A stretch of DNA of 64,000 bases from Trueperaceae bacterium. Its GTDB lineage: Bacteria > Deinococcota > Deinococci > Deinococcales > Trueperaceae. Location of the stretch: NCBI GenBank assembly GCA_040905665.1, contig JBBDRD010000035.1, forward strand, positions 183,229 through 247,228, written 5' to 3'. Shown piece after piece: positions 50,937 through 61,320 of the stretch. The notes beneath the pieces were generated by a model, which was not told the origin of the DNA, ran no database searches, and saw only the letters and a list, made by a program, of their open reading frames with translations. Positions within the stretch are counted from its first letter, which is position 1. Every line of letters begins with the position of its first letter. The position numbers and the translations under genes were made by a program.

Positions 50937-52345
50937 ACCGACATCTGCATTTCATGGGCATTGGGGGCGTGAGCATGAGCGGCCTCGCCCGCCACTACCG
51001 GGCGTGCGGTGACCACGTGAGCGGTTGCGACGCCAGTGACAGCCCCATGGTGCAGAAGCTGCGCAGCGAAGGTATCGAGGTGGCCCTGGGTCACCACTCC
51101 TCGCACATGGAAGGCGTGGACCTGCTGGTAACCACCATGGCCGTACCGCCCGGCAGCGACGAGGTACGAGCCGCACGCGAGTCAGGGATTGAGACGATCC
51201 AACGAATCGATCTGCTCGCCAGGCTCTTCACCAGCTACCGTTCGATTGGGGTAAGCGGGACCCACGGCAAGAGCACGACCACCGGAATGATCGCACAGAT
51301 CTTCGTGGCGCTGGAATGCGACCCGTCGGTCCAACTGGGCGCCAACCTGCCAATACTTGCCGGCAACATGCTCGCCGGCAAAGGGAAGCACCTGATCGCC
51401 GAGGTGGACGAGTCGGATCCCGGCTTCGCCCGCCTGTCATCTGAAATAGCCGTGCTAATCAACCTCGAGGACGATCACATCGCGGGCGAACACAGTGAGC
51501 GGCGGAACTACCATGCCAGCCTCGAGGATCTCGAAGCTGCCGCACGAAGCTTTGCCGCCAATGCCCGGCAAGTGGTGGCGTGTGCCGACTGGCCGGCTCT
51601 CAAAAGCGTTGTGGCGGGACTCCCCTCCGTCGTGACCTACGGCCTCGCCGAAGCGGCACACTACCGCATAACGAATCTCGATCTTTCCGCCCTGGGCAGC
51701 CGCTTCACCGTTACGGCGCCCGGAAACCGCAGCGTCGTCGTGAGCCTTGGCGTGCCGGGCCTGCACAATGTTCAAAACGCGGCAGCCGCACTTGCCACCG
51801 CCGACCTCGCCGGCCTACCACTGGTAGACGCTGCTCGCGTACTCGGCGGCTTTGCCGGGGTAGGGCGCCGTTGGCAGCGCTGGGGCGAACCGGAGGGCGC
51901 GCTGATAATAGACGATTACGCTCATCACCCAACCGAGGTCGCTGCTACATTGCGTGCCGCCCGCAACACCGGTCGACGCGTTAGGGCGGTGTTGCAACCG
52001 CACCGCTGGATCCGTACCGCGCGTCACTGGCGGGCGCTTGCCGACGCCGCCGGACTTGCGGACGAGGTCATCGTGCTGGATGTTTATGCCGCCGGTGAAA
52101 GCGCAATTCCAGGTATTTCGGTGGACCTGATCGTCGACCGACTCCGGGCTTCGGGCCACTCGGCGGTACACCACGACCACCAATCGGCGGTCGACTATCT
52201 CCGTCGCTCACTGGAGCCCGACGACTTGGTGATCACGCTTGGGGCGGGCGATGTGTGGAAAGTTGCCGAAGCGCTTTCCCAACAGCCTGCCGAGAGGCGA
52301 TTAGCCGCCCGAAAGGTGACAGGGGCGCTAGGTGCAGATCACTGA
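50933..52345 (+). CDS. murC: UDP-N-acetylmuramate--L-alanine ligase MurC.
   Basis: HFMGIGGVSMSGLA and GVSGTHGKSTTTGMI. Confidence 0.9.
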   Translation: MNRHLHFMGIGGVSMSGLARHYRACGDHVSGCDASDSPMVQKLRSEGIEVALGHHSSHMEGVDLLVTTMAVPPGSDEVRAARESGIETIQRIDLLARLFTSYRSIGVSGTHGKSTTTGMIAQIFVALECDPSVQLGANLPILAGNMLAGKGKHLIAEVDESDPGFARLSSEIAVLINLEDDHIAGEHSERRNYHASLEDLEAAARSFAANARQVVACADWPALKSVVAGLPSVVTYGLAEAAHYRITNLDLSALGSRFTVTAPGNRSVVVSLGVPGLHNVQNAAAALATADLAGLPLVDAARVLGGFAGVGRRWQRWGEPEGALIIDDYAHHPTEVAATLRAARNTGRRVRAVLQPHRWIRTARHWRALADAAGLADEVIVLDVYAAGESAIPGISVDLIVDRLRASGHSAVHHDHQSAVDYLRRSLEPDDLVITLGAGDVWKVAEALSQQPAERRLAARKVTGALGADH

Positions 52346-53165
52346 GTCCCATCGCACCACCGAGCTTTCCCGACTCACTACCTTAAGGGTGGGAGGGGCC
52401 GCCGAGTTGTGGGAGGTCGAGTCGGTGGGCGAGCTACACACCGCCACCAGTGAGCCGTTTCTGGTCATAGGCGCGGGCTCCAATGTGCTGGCGAGTGACG
52501 AGGGCGTGCGCGAGCGGGTCGTTCGGCTGGGCCGCAGCTTCAACACCTTGAGCGAGTTTGAGGGTAAGGAGGAAATCTGGCTGGGGGCGGCAACTCCGCT
52601 GCCAGGATTGGTAAGACGTGCTCAGCAAGCGGGACTATCTGGCCTCGAGGGTCTGCTCGGCGTGCCCGCGGTGCTAGGCGGAGCGGTGGCAATGAACGCA
52701 GGCACGCGCTTTGGCGCCATTGACGATACGTTGCAGGAGGTGGAGTTGTTTGTTGACGGCTCCCTCGAGCGGCTTCCGGCAGCGGCGCTCGGCCTGGCGT
52801 ACCGCCGTTCGCAACTGCCGCTGCACTCCGTAATCACCTGCGTCCGTTTTCGTCTTACACCCTCCACGCCCGAGCGGGTGCAGCGACAGATGGAGCAGGT
52901 GGACGCCGCGCGTAAGGGCCAACCCAAGAAGAAGTCGGCAGGCTGCGCCTTCAAGAATCCGCAGGGTGACAGCGCCGGCAGGCTCATCGACCAAGCAGGA
53001 CTCAAGGGCCTGCGAGTCGGAGACGCGATGGTTTCCCTCGCGCATGGCAACTTCATCGTCAATATGGGCAACGCAACGTCGACGCAGGTTCTCGAACTCA
53101 TCGAACTGATACGGGCCGCGGTGGGGCGCGAGCTCGATCTCGAGTGGAAGCTGTGGGGCTTCTGA
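52332..53165 (+). CDS. murB: UDP-N-acetylenolpyruvoylglucosamine reductase MurB.
   Basis: FAD-binding LRVGGAAELW...GAGSNVL. Confidence 0.85.
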   Translation: MQITESHRTTELSRLTTLRVGGAAELWEVESVGELHTATSEPFLVIGAGSNVLASDEGVRERVVRLGRSFNTLSEFEGKEEIWLGAATPLPGLVRRAQQAGLSGLEGLLGVPAVLGGAVAMNAGTRFGAIDDTLQEVELFVDGSLERLPAAALGLAYRRSQLPLHSVITCVRFRLTPSTPERVQRQMEQVDAARKGQPKKKSAGCAFKNPQGDSAGRLIDQAGLKGLRVGDAMVSLAHGNFIVNMGNATSTQVLELIELIRAAVGRELDLEWKLWGF

Positions 53166-53765
53166 ATGCGACCCTTCCTACTCATGCTCGCCCTGCTTGC
53201 GGCCGTGCTGCTCATCGGGAGTCGCTTCTACCCCTCGATCGCCACGGTGGCGGTCAGTGGCAACGCGCACTACGATCGGGAAGAGGTCATGCAGCTTGCC
53301 AACGTGTCGCCGGGCGGGCCGCTCCTGTGGGTGAACCGCTGGAACCTTTCTCGATTGGTACAAGATCCGTGGATCGAGCGGACCCGGGTGATTCGCCATT
53401 GGCCCGATACGGTCTCGATAACGGTATGGGAGCGAACTCCCGTTATAAGCAACGGGGAGTCGAGCTGGGCTGCCGACGGAACCGTGCTGCCGGCTGTCGA
53501 CCAGGAAACGCAGGCGAATTTAGTTCGGCTGAAAGGTTGGGGCAAGCCGCGTGTGGCCGAGGCCCTGGAGCTTCTCGAGCTATTGTCCCCCTTTGGGCCC
53601 AGGGTGATAAACTACTCGCCGGAAGGCTTCGACATCGATCTGACGGATACGAGCCTCTTCACGCCCAGCGTGGCTGTGCTCGAGCGTCACTGGGCCGCCT
53701 GGACGAATCAGCGAGGGAGCCGCGTGGCGGTCTACCCATGGGGAGTGAGCGAGAACCATGACTGA
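53166..53765 (+). CDS. ftsQ: Cell-division protein FtsQ/DivIB (POTRA).
   Basis: N-terminal TM then a POTRA-like region; positioned between murB and ftsA. Confidence 0.7.
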   Translation: MRPFLLMLALLAAVLLIGSRFYPSIATVAVSGNAHYDREEVMQLANVSPGGPLLWVNRWNLSRLVQDPWIERTRVIRHWPDTVSITVWERTPVISNGESSWAADGTVLPAVDQETQANLVRLKGWGKPRVAEALELLELLSPFGPRVINYSPEGFDIDLTDTSLFTPSVAVLERHWAAWTNQRGSRVAVYPWGVSENHD

Positions 53766-54984
53766 CGAACGCATCATCGTCGGCCTCGACATCGGTACCA
53801 CCAAGATCTGTACCGTTATTGGCGAGATCGCCAGCGATGGGGTGCTGGACGTAATAGGTGAAGGCACCGTACCCAGCGATGGGCTGCGCAAGGGAGTCGT
53901 CGTCAATCTCGAGAGGACCATCGAAGCGGTCCGCCATTCGATTGCCTCTGCCGAACGAGTCGCCGGAGTCGAAGTGACCAGCGCCTGGGCCGGCATCGCC
54001 GGGACCCACCTCAAGGCGCAGACGAGTCATGGGATGGCGGCGATTCGCCGTGGTCAGGAGATCAGCCGCGCGGACGTCGAACGCACCATCGAAAACGCAC
54101 GAGCGGTTCCGCTCGAAGCCAACATGGAATTCATTCACGTCATTCCACAGGAATATGTGGTCGACGGACACGACGGTATAAGGGATCCGGTAGGAATGTC
54201 GGGCGTACGCCTCGAGGTGGACGTACACATCGTTGCCGGCGCCCAGGGTCCTCTGCAGAACCTCAAGCGATGCGCCCGAGATGCCGGGGTCGATGTCGAC
54301 GGCGTTGTCGTGCAGGCCCTTGCCTCGGGCCTGGCCGTGCTCAACGAGAGCGAGCGCGAACTCACCACCCTGCTCATCGACGTGGGCGGCGGCACCACTG
54401 ACATCGGAGTGTTTCGCCGCGGCATCCTCACCCACTCGGCGGTCATACCGCTGGGCGGAGACCACATCACCCAGGACATCAGCCAACTCTTGCGTATCCC
54501 GCCGGACGAGGCCGAGCGGGTCAAGAGGCGTTACGGAGTAGCGCTGCCCGATCTGGCCGACCGTGAAGTGATCCTCGAGGTCGCCAACCCCAACTACACC
54601 GCCTCCCTCTCCACCTTCGAGCTCGCCCAGGTCATCAAGCCCCGGGTAGTGGAAATTCTCGATCTGGTGAAGCAGAACATCGAGCAGCGCATGGGTGCGC
54701 TCGAGCTGCTCGCCGGCAACGTGGTGATTACCGGTGGCGCATCCCTCATGCCCGGCTTCGACCAGGTCGCCACCGAACGCTTCCGCCTTCCCGTTCGGGT
54801 GGGCAAGCCTCACGGCGTTTCGGGCCTTGTCGACGTTGTTGCCAGCCCCGCCCACGCAACTGCCGTTGGCCTGGTGCGTTACGGTATGCGCTTCGGACAA
54901 CCGGAGCGAGTCGCCGTTTCACGAGGCGAGCGCAATGGTGGATTCCTCACCAGCCTGCGCAACATTCTCAGAGAATTCTTTTGA
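53758..54984 (+). CDS. ftsA: Cell-division protein FtsA.
   Basis: Actin-fold motifs IIVGLDIGTTKICTV and LIDVGGGTTDIGVF. Confidence 0.9.
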   Translation: MTDERIIVGLDIGTTKICTVIGEIASDGVLDVIGEGTVPSDGLRKGVVVNLERTIEAVRHSIASAERVAGVEVTSAWAGIAGTHLKAQTSHGMAAIRRGQEISRADVERTIENARAVPLEANMEFIHVIPQEYVVDGHDGIRDPVGMSGVRLEVDVHIVAGAQGPLQNLKRCARDAGVDVDGVVVQALASGLAVLNESERELTTLLIDVGGGTTDIGVFRRGILTHSAVIPLGGDHITQDISQLLRIPPDEAERVKRRYGVALPDLADREVILEVANPNYTASLSTFELAQVIKPRVVEILDLVKQNIEQRMGALELLAGNVVITGGASLMPGFDQVATERFRLPVRVGKPHGVSGLVDVVASPAHATAVGLVRYGMRFGQPERVAVSRGERNGGFLTSLRNILREFF

Positions 54985-55018
54985 TGCAGCCGCATTCGTC
55001 AGTCAGAGGAGAAGTGGC

Positions 55019-56080
55019 ATGAACAACGACAACGCCGTCATTCGCGTCATCGGCCTGGGAGGCGGCGGTAACAACGCCGTCAATCGGATGATCGAGACAG
55101 GCCTATTGGGGGTCGAGTTCGTCGCCGCCAATACCGACGCGCAAGTACTCGCCACCTCCCTGGCGGATACCCGCATCCAGATGGGCGACCATCTAACCAA
55201 GGGACTAGGCGCTGGCGCCAATCCCGAGATCGGTGAAAAGGCCGCGGTCGAAGACCGAGACCGTATAGCCGAAGTCCTGCGCGGTTCCGATCTGGTGTTC
55301 CTAACGGCCGGAATGGGCGGCGGCACCGGCACCGGTTCCGCTCCCGTGGTGGCCGAGGTAGCCCGTGAACTCGGTGCGTTGACAGTCGCGGTAGTTACCA
55401 CCCCCTTCCAGTTCGAAGGGCCCAAGCGCACCCGTCAGTCAGAGGAAGGGTTACGCCGCCTCGAGGACAAGGTCGACGCCCTCATCGTGGTGGAAAACCA
55501 GCGGCTGCTCTCCTCGCTCGACCGAAAGGTGAAGCTCTCCGATGCATTCCGTGTTGCCGACCGGGTTCTCTACCACGGCGTACGGGGCATCAGTGACGTG
55601 ATCAACATGCCCGGACTCATCAACGTTGACTTTGCCGACGTCAAAGCCCTCCTCTCTGGCGCCGGTACGGTGCTCATGGGAATAGGGGCCGGACGCGGCG
55701 AAAACGTCGCCGAGCAGGCCGCCGAGAGCGCCACTCACTCTCCCCTGCTCTCGCGCGGGGTCGAAGGCGCGCACCACCTTCTCATCAACGTGACCGGCTC
55801 CGAAGAACTCACCCTCTTCGATGCCAACGAGATCGTCGAGAAGATCAGCGCCGCTACCGAGGTCGAAGACGTCAACGTACTTTTTGGGGTGACCTACGAC
55901 GAAGCGGCGGCCGATGAGGTACGCGTGACGGTCATCGCCGCCGGCTTCGAGCACGAACCGCGCATGAAGGTCCTGCGGCCCACCCAAATGCGCCAGAACG
56001 CCACGGGACGCGGCTACGACCCGTCGAACTACGACATCCCGGCATTCCTTCGATACAACCCCGACGGCGCCGAGAACTGA
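55019..56080 (+). CDS. ftsZ: Cell-division GTPase FtsZ; start at internal MNNDNAVIRV.
   Basis: Tubulin signature GLGGGGNNAVNRM and GGGTGTGSAP. Confidence 0.95.
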   Translation: MNNDNAVIRVIGLGGGGNNAVNRMIETGLLGVEFVAANTDAQVLATSLADTRIQMGDHLTKGLGAGANPEIGEKAAVEDRDRIAEVLRGSDLVFLTAGMGGGTGTGSAPVVAEVARELGALTVAVVTTPFQFEGPKRTRQSEEGLRRLEDKVDALIVVENQRLLSSLDRKVKLSDAFRVADRVLYHGVRGISDVINMPGLINVDFADVKALLSGAGTVLMGIGAGRGENVAEQAAESATHSPLLSRGVEGAHHLLINVTGSEELTLFDANEIVEKISAATEVEDVNVLFGVTYDEAAADEVRVTVIAAGFEHEPRMKVLRPTQMRQNATGRGYDPSNYDIPAFLRYNPDGAEN

Positions 56081-56088
56081 GTGACGCG

Positions 56089-56133
56089 CACCGAGTGCCC
56101 AGTCACCGAGTGCCCAGTCACCGAGTGCCCAGT
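56089..56133. repeat. Perfect 15-bp tandem repeat (CACCGAGTGCCCAGT) x3, immediately downstream of the ftsZ stop.
   Basis: Read directly from the sequence. Confidence 0.6.
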
Positions 56134-56162
56134 ATCGAACGCCTGCAGTTGACGGTTCGCCA

Positions 56163-56690
56163 GTGAGTGGCGGGCGCAAGCGCAGCCAGGCGCGGCAAGA
56201 AGAGCGCGAGGTCCTCTATGAGGGCGCGATTCTGGACCTGGTACGGCTCGAAGGACGCTGGGACGTCGTCGAGCATTCCCCCGGGGTAGCGATCCTGGTA
56301 TGTGAGGGGCGCCAGGTGCTGGGCGTTAGACAGCAGAGGCCGGCTGCCGGGCTGCGCACCTGGGAGATCCCTGCCGGTCTCGTCGACCCGGGTGAGACAC
56401 CTGAGCAAACGGCGAACCGCGAGCTGGCCGAAGAGGTCGGGCTGGCAGGGCGTCTCACTCTGATAACCAGCATGTACACCTCTCCAGGTTTCACGGACGA
56501 AATCGTTCACCTGTTCGAGGCGCACGATCTCGAACCCGCTCACGCCCAAGCCGATGAAGATGAGGATCTGGAGCTCGCCTGGATGGATCTCACAACTGCC
56601 TGGGAGGGCATTCGTGATGGCGCTATCGCCAGCAGCGCTCCGACGCTGGTAGCGCTGGCTTTCGCGAAGGCGAGACTCGGTCTCAAATGA
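56163..56690 (+). CDS. NUDIX hydrolase (ADP-ribose pyrophosphatase-like).
   Basis: Nudix box EIPAGLVDPGETPEQTANRELAEEVGL. Confidence 0.75.
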   Translation: MSGGRKRSQARQEEREVLYEGAILDLVRLEGRWDVVEHSPGVAILVCEGRQVLGVRQQRPAAGLRTWEIPAGLVDPGETPEQTANRELAEEVGLAGRLTLITSMYTSPGFTDEIVHLFEAHDLEPAHAQADEDEDLELAWMDLTTAWEGIRDGAIASSAPTLVALAFAKARLGLK

Positions 56691-57580
56691 TCGTTGTCGA
56701 CAGCCCCGACAAGCTCGATATCAGCGGTGCGGTGGTATCGATCGGCAATTTCGACGGTGTCCATTGGGGTCATCGTCAGCTCCTGCAGCGCATGAACGAG
56801 TTGGCGCGGCCAGAGGGGCGGCCGACGTTGATCGTCACCTTCTTCCCGCCCTCCAAGGTGGTGTTCGGCGATCAGCCGTTCCTTAGCAGCGAGCGCGAAA
56901 AGCTCGAACTGCTGTCCGGCTTCGGCCCGGTAGCGGTGGCGATGATCCCATTCTCTCGTGACTACGCCCTCACCGACAAGAGTATTTTCCTCGATCAGCT
57001 AGTGCGATTGCATCCCAGCGCCTTCATCGTTGGCGAAGACTTCCGTTTTGGCCATAAGCGCCAGGGGACCCTGAACGATCTGAGCTTGGTAACCAGCAAA
57101 CTCGAGGTGTTTGGATTGGAAACCCTCGATGGCGAGGTAGTCAAGAGCTCCACGATTCGCGAGACACTTGCCGCCGGAGACGTTGCTCATGCAGCACGCT
57201 TGCTCGGTGAGCCTTACCTGGCGATCGGCAGGGTGCGGTCCGGAGACAAGCGCGGCCGGCAGATCGACTACCCGACCGCTAATCTGGATATGCCGGAGCG
57301 CAAGGCGCTGCCCGTGGGCGTGTTCTCGGTACGAGTGGAAACCGAAGGTGCCAGCTACGGCGGTATGGCCAACAGCGGGCCTCGACCCTCCTTCCCCGAC
57401 GCGGCCCCCGCCTGCGAGGTCCACCTGTTCGACTTCGACGGCGACCTGTACGGGAGCGAGCTGCGGGTACGTTTCATCGATCGGATCCGGGGCCAGCAGA
57501 AGTTCTCCTCCCTCGACAAGTTGCGCGCCAGGCTGGACGAAGACGCCCGTATCGCCAAGGAACAGTTGGCAAGGCTGTAG
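56687..57580 (+). CDS. ribF: Bifunctional riboflavin kinase/FAD synthetase.
   Basis: VVSIGNFDGVHWGHRQLL (FAD-synthetase HxGH) and a C-terminal riboflavin-kinase region. Confidence 0.9.
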   Translation: MIVVDSPDKLDISGAVVSIGNFDGVHWGHRQLLQRMNELARPEGRPTLIVTFFPPSKVVFGDQPFLSSEREKLELLSGFGPVAVAMIPFSRDYALTDKSIFLDQLVRLHPSAFIVGEDFRFGHKRQGTLNDLSLVTSKLEVFGLETLDGEVVKSSTIRETLAAGDVAHAARLLGEPYLAIGRVRSGDKRGRQIDYPTANLDMPERKALPVGVFSVRVETEGASYGGMANSGPRPSFPDAAPACEVHLFDFDGDLYGSELRVRFIDRIRGQQKFSSLDKLRARLDEDARIAKEQLARL

Positions 57581-57764
57581 GACATCGAGGGCAAGAGTGA
57601 CCCTAGTCAGTCTCAACTTCTTCGGTTACCAGGCTCGCGAAAGACGCCTCTTCGATCGATCCCCGCGGACGCGCTCAGGAACAGCCGATGGGTGCCCTTC
57701 CAGTTGACTCAACAGCGACTCGAGGATGGCGTCCGCGGACTTCATTGCGATCCGCGCGCCATGT

Positions 57765-58019
57765 TCATCGCCAAACTTTCTGAGTGAGTCGCCCGCCGCG
57801 TCGAGTGCGCGCAACCGCCCTTCGTTCATCGCTGGGAATATCGAGGATCTCGGCGAACTTGGCACCAAGTTCGAGAGAGGGCCTCCGCTCTTCTGCCTCG
57901 ATCTTTCGAACCGTGGCGGTGGAGCAGCCCGCTCGATCGGCCAGATCGCTCCGCGTGAGGCCCAGGCTCTTCCGCCGCCTTCGCAGCCAAAGACCGAACA
58001 GCGCTTCGTCGCGCATCAA
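57765..58019 (-). CDS. XRE-family HTH transcriptional regulator (84 aa).
   Basis: LGLTRSDLADRAGCSTATVRKIEAEERRPSLEL is a Cro/C1-type HTH. Confidence 0.6.
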   Translation of the reverse strand: MMRDEALFGLWLRRRRKSLGLTRSDLADRAGCSTATVRKIEAEERRPSLELGAKFAEILDIPSDERRAVARTRRGGRLTQKVWR

Positions 58020-58152
58020 TCAACTCCTGATTGCCGAAATCCAGCTCGACCTCACCAACTGTAGCACCGCCTGTAACAGTAAATAGACTTTGCTCACTTG
58101 GGGTCGATTGTCCGTGTTCTGTCGGCATTGGCGCCGACGCTATACTCGCCTC

Positions 58153-58887
58153 ATGCTCATCTACGGAAAGAACGCCGTCAGCGAAGCTCTCGAACAGGGT
58201 CAGGCCGAGCTCGTGATGGTAGCACTGGGGGTGCGCGAATCCACGGTGCGCGAAATAGAGAAGCTCGCGCGCCGGGCCAGGGTGCCTGTCGAACGAGTGC
58301 CACGAATCCAACTCGACCAGGCCCTCAAGACCACCGCTCACCAGGGGGTTGTCGCCGAACTGCCGGAGCTGCGTTTCGCCGCTGAGGAGGCTCCCTTCGA
58401 TCTGGCTGCACAACGCGGGGAGCGTCTTCTGCTGGTGCTGCTCGACCACGTGCAAGACCCACGCAACTATGGGGCCATCATCCGTAGTGCCGAAGTACTT
58501 GGCGCACACGGGGTCGTTACCGAGGAACGGCGCAGCGCTCCCCTTTCGGCGGTAGTTGCCAAGACGGCTGCTGGCGCCACCGCTCATCTTCCGGTCGTGC
58601 AGGTGAAGAACCTGGCACGCTACATGGACGACCTGAAAGCTCGGAACGTTTGGATCTACGGTGCCGATGCCGGTTCTTCCACGACTCCGGGACTGATCGA
58701 CTGGGACCGCGACGCGGCGCTCGTGATCGGCTCGGAGGGGAGCGGCCTGCGGCGCCTGGTGCGCGAGAAGTGCGACGAGGTGGTGGGCATCGAAACCAGG
58801 GGCCGGGTCTCCTCGCTCAACGCCTCGGTGGCCGCCGGTGTTCTTCTTTACGCCGTGCAACTGGGCCGCGCGAAAGCGGCGCGTTAG
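58153..58887 (+). CDS. rlmB: SpoU/TrmH-family 23S rRNA 2'-O-methyltransferase (RlmB-like); start at MLIYGKN, 6 nt after a TATACT -10 box.
   Basis: SPOUT motifs LLVLLDHVQDPRNYGAIIRSAEVLGA...IGSEGSGL...SLNASVAAGVLLY. Confidence 0.8.
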   Translation: MLIYGKNAVSEALEQGQAELVMVALGVRESTVREIEKLARRARVPVERVPRIQLDQALKTTAHQGVVAELPELRFAAEEAPFDLAAQRGERLLLVLLDHVQDPRNYGAIIRSAEVLGAHGVVTEERRSAPLSAVVAKTAAGATAHLPVVQVKNLARYMDDLKARNVWIYGADAGSSTTPGLIDWDRDAALVIGSEGSGLRRLVREKCDEVVGIETRGRVSSLNASVAAGVLLYAVQLGRAKAAR

Positions 58888-60831
58888 ATGCCCCGCCTTG
58901 GGAGCCGCGACCTGCTCCAACTCGCGCTCGTATCGGACCCCCGCGTTGCTCCCGGCGGCAAGTCGATCGCCGTGGTGGTCACCCGCATAGAACGCAAAGA
59001 AGGGGAGGACGAGGGAGGCAGCGAGCCGCCTCGTTACCTCTCCCAGGTCCACCTCTACGACACCAGCGGCCGGACCAAGGTGGTGGACGAAGGCGCCTAC
59101 AGCGACACCCGGCCGCGCTTCTCACGAGATGCCCGACACCTCGCGTTCCTGCGGCGCGCCGGCAAGGAGGAGGCGGCGCAGCTCTTCATGATGAAGCTCG
59201 GGGCTAATAAGCCCCGACAGCTCACGGAGGAGCCCGGGGGAGTGGAGACGTTCGAGTGGCACCCCGGCAGCGACACGCTCGCTTACCTCGCGGGAGCCCA
59301 GGCAAGGGAACAGCAGGTCCCCACCCTCAGGGAGATCGACCGCCTGCGCTACAAGTTCGACGGCAAGGGTTACCTCCCGGCCGCGCCTCGCAAGCTCTGC
59401 CTGGTAGAGGCCGGTGGCGAGGCACGCGAGCTCGACACCGGCGGCCTCGACTTCGAGGAACTGGCCTGGGAGGCAGAGGGCAGCCATCTGCTACTGAGCG
59501 GCGCCCAAGATCAGGCGGAGCGCGACGAGGATCTAAGGCGCCTCTGGCGGCTCGACTCATCTGGAGGGGCGCCGAAACTGCTCACGGCGGCCAGGCGCCT
59601 CTCTGCCCTCTCTCCCGGGCCTGGGGGCAAGATCGCCTTCCTGGCGCCCGCACATCCGGAGCAGCCCTCTGGGCCCAGTGCCGTCTGGCTGGTAACGGCA
59701 GAGGGAGGCGAAGAACGCCGCCTCACCGCGGAGGATCTCGACCTCTCCCCCGCCACCGGCGGCGACTGCCGCTACGGCGACTACCCCAACCGGCCGCTCT
59801 GGCTCGCCGGCGACAGCCTTTTCGTCAACCACAATCGGGCCGGCCGCAGTGGCATAGCCCGGCTCAACCCGGCTCGAGGCGAGCTGGTAGCACTCGACGA
59901 TCAGGAAGCGGTCGTAACAGCCTTCGATCATGCCGACGGGACGCTGGCGTTCATCCGGGAGAGCTCCTCGCACCCCGGCGAGCTCTTCGTGAAGACCGCC
60001 CAAGAGGCTCCCCGGCAACTGACGACGCTCAACCACGAACTGGCGGAGCGCGCCGGCTTTTCTGCTGCCAAAGGTCCTTTCTCGGTGGACAGGGAAGCCG
60101 GCGCATCCTACTGGCGCCTCGACCCGGCCGAGCGGCGCGACGATCTAGCGCTCGTCGTGCAGGTGCATGGCGGTCCCCATACCAATGTCGGCCAGGGCTT
60201 CTACTTCGAGTACCAGCTTCTTGCGGCACGGGGTTACACGGTCATTTACGGCAACCCTCACGGTTCCTCCAGCTACGGCCAGGCGTTCGCCACCGCGGTC
60301 CTCGGCAGCTACGGCACCATCGACGCCGACGACGTCCTCGCTTTCGTAGATCATGCGCTCGCCACTCATCCCGATCCGCAGGCACCAGTGCATCTCACCG
60401 GCGGCTCCTACGGCGGCTTCATGACCAACTGGTTGGTCGCCCATAGCGACCGCTTCAGGTCGGCGGTGACGCAGAGGAGCATCTGCAACTTCGTCTCCTT
60501 CTACGGCACCTCCGATATCGGCTACTGGTTCAGCGAACGGGAACTCGGCGGCAACCCCTGGGACGACTTCGAGCGCCTCTGGCAACAGAGTCCGCTGAGG
60601 CTCGCTCACCGCATCGCCACGCCGTTGCTGATCCTCCACTCCGAGAGCGACCTCAGGTGTCCCGTCGAACAGGCCCAACAGTTGTTCGTGGCGGTGAAGC
60701 GAAGCGGAATTGCCGAGACACGGCTGGTGCTGTTCCCCGATGAGAACCACGAACTTTCGCGGTCGGGCCGGCCCGCCCGCCGGGTAGAACGCCTCGACGC
60801 TATCGTGGGGTGGTTCGAGGACCATCCGTGA
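58888..60831 (+). CDS. S9-family serine peptidase (prolyl oligopeptidase/acylaminoacyl-peptidase-like) with an N-terminal beta-propeller.
   Basis: Nucleophile elbow GGSYGGFMT; catalytic D and H downstream. Confidence 0.85.
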   Translation: MPRLGSRDLLQLALVSDPRVAPGGKSIAVVVTRIERKEGEDEGGSEPPRYLSQVHLYDTSGRTKVVDEGAYSDTRPRFSRDARHLAFLRRAGKEEAAQLFMMKLGANKPRQLTEEPGGVETFEWHPGSDTLAYLAGAQAREQQVPTLREIDRLRYKFDGKGYLPAAPRKLCLVEAGGEARELDTGGLDFEELAWEAEGSHLLLSGAQDQAERDEDLRRLWRLDSSGGAPKLLTAARRLSALSPGPGGKIAFLAPAHPEQPSGPSAVWLVTAEGGEERRLTAEDLDLSPATGGDCRYGDYPNRPLWLAGDSLFVNHNRAGRSGIARLNPARGELVALDDQEAVVTAFDHADGTLAFIRESSSHPGELFVKTAQEAPRQLTTLNHELAERAGFSAAKGPFSVDREAGASYWRLDPAERRDDLALVVQVHGGPHTNVGQGFYFEYQLLAARGYTVIYGNPHGSSSYGQAFATAVLGSYGTIDADDVLAFVDHALATHPDPQAPVHLTGGSYGGFMTNWLVAHSDRFRSAVTQRSICNFVSFYGTSDIGYWFSERELGGNPWDDFERLWQQSPLRLAHRIATPLLILHSESDLRCPVEQAQQLFVAVKRSGIAETRLVLFPDENHELSRSGRPARRVERLDAIVGWFEDHP

Positions 60832-60970
60832 CGGCTCAGTTCGATTTGGAGTGGGGCCTTCCCCCATGCTAGACTTTCCCGTTGGACGTCTTGGTCGGTA
60901 CCGCATCTATCAGGTCCGGCTCGGGCGCACCCACGGGGCCAAGTACATCAATACCCCGGGAAGGATATCA

Positions 60971-61243
60971 ATGCCATTAAGCAAGGAACGCAAGCAGGAG
61001 GTCGTGGCGAAGTACGGCAAGGGAGACGAGAACAACACCGGCTCCACCGAAGTACAGATCGCACTTCTGACGGCACGAATCGAAGAACTCAGTGGACATC
61101 TCCAGCAGAACACCAAGGACCATCACGGCCGGCGGGGCCTGCTCACCATGGTAGGTAAGCGCAAGCGCCTCTTGGCTTATCTCGAACGCGAAGATTACGA
61201 GGGCTACAAGAGCCTTATCCAAAGCCTCGGACTGCGTCGCTAG
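60971..61243 (+). CDS. rpsO: 30S ribosomal protein S15.
   Basis: [16 protein letters not shown]...[36 protein letters not shown]. Confidence 0.95.
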   Translation: MPLSKERKQEVVAKYGKGDENNTGSTEVQIALLTARIEELSGHLQQNTKDHHGRRGLLTMVGKRKRLLAYLEREDYEGYKSLIQSLGLRR

Positions 61244-61285
61244 TACGTGTCGGAGCACGAGACGAAAATTGCAGTACCAGTTCCA

Positions 61286-61320
61286 GGTGCACGCGAGGAA
61301 TGCAGGGCCTCGCGTGCACC
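61286..61320 (+). promoter_or_regulatory. 13-bp perfect-stem hairpin (GGTGCACGCGAGG/CCTCGCGTGCACC) in the rpsO-pnp intergenic region, followed by a T-rich tract. Likely an rpsO terminator/attenuator and RNase III-type processing site for the pnp leader.
   Basis: Inverted repeat read directly; analogous to the E. coli rpsO-pnp leader architecture. Confidence 0.5.
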
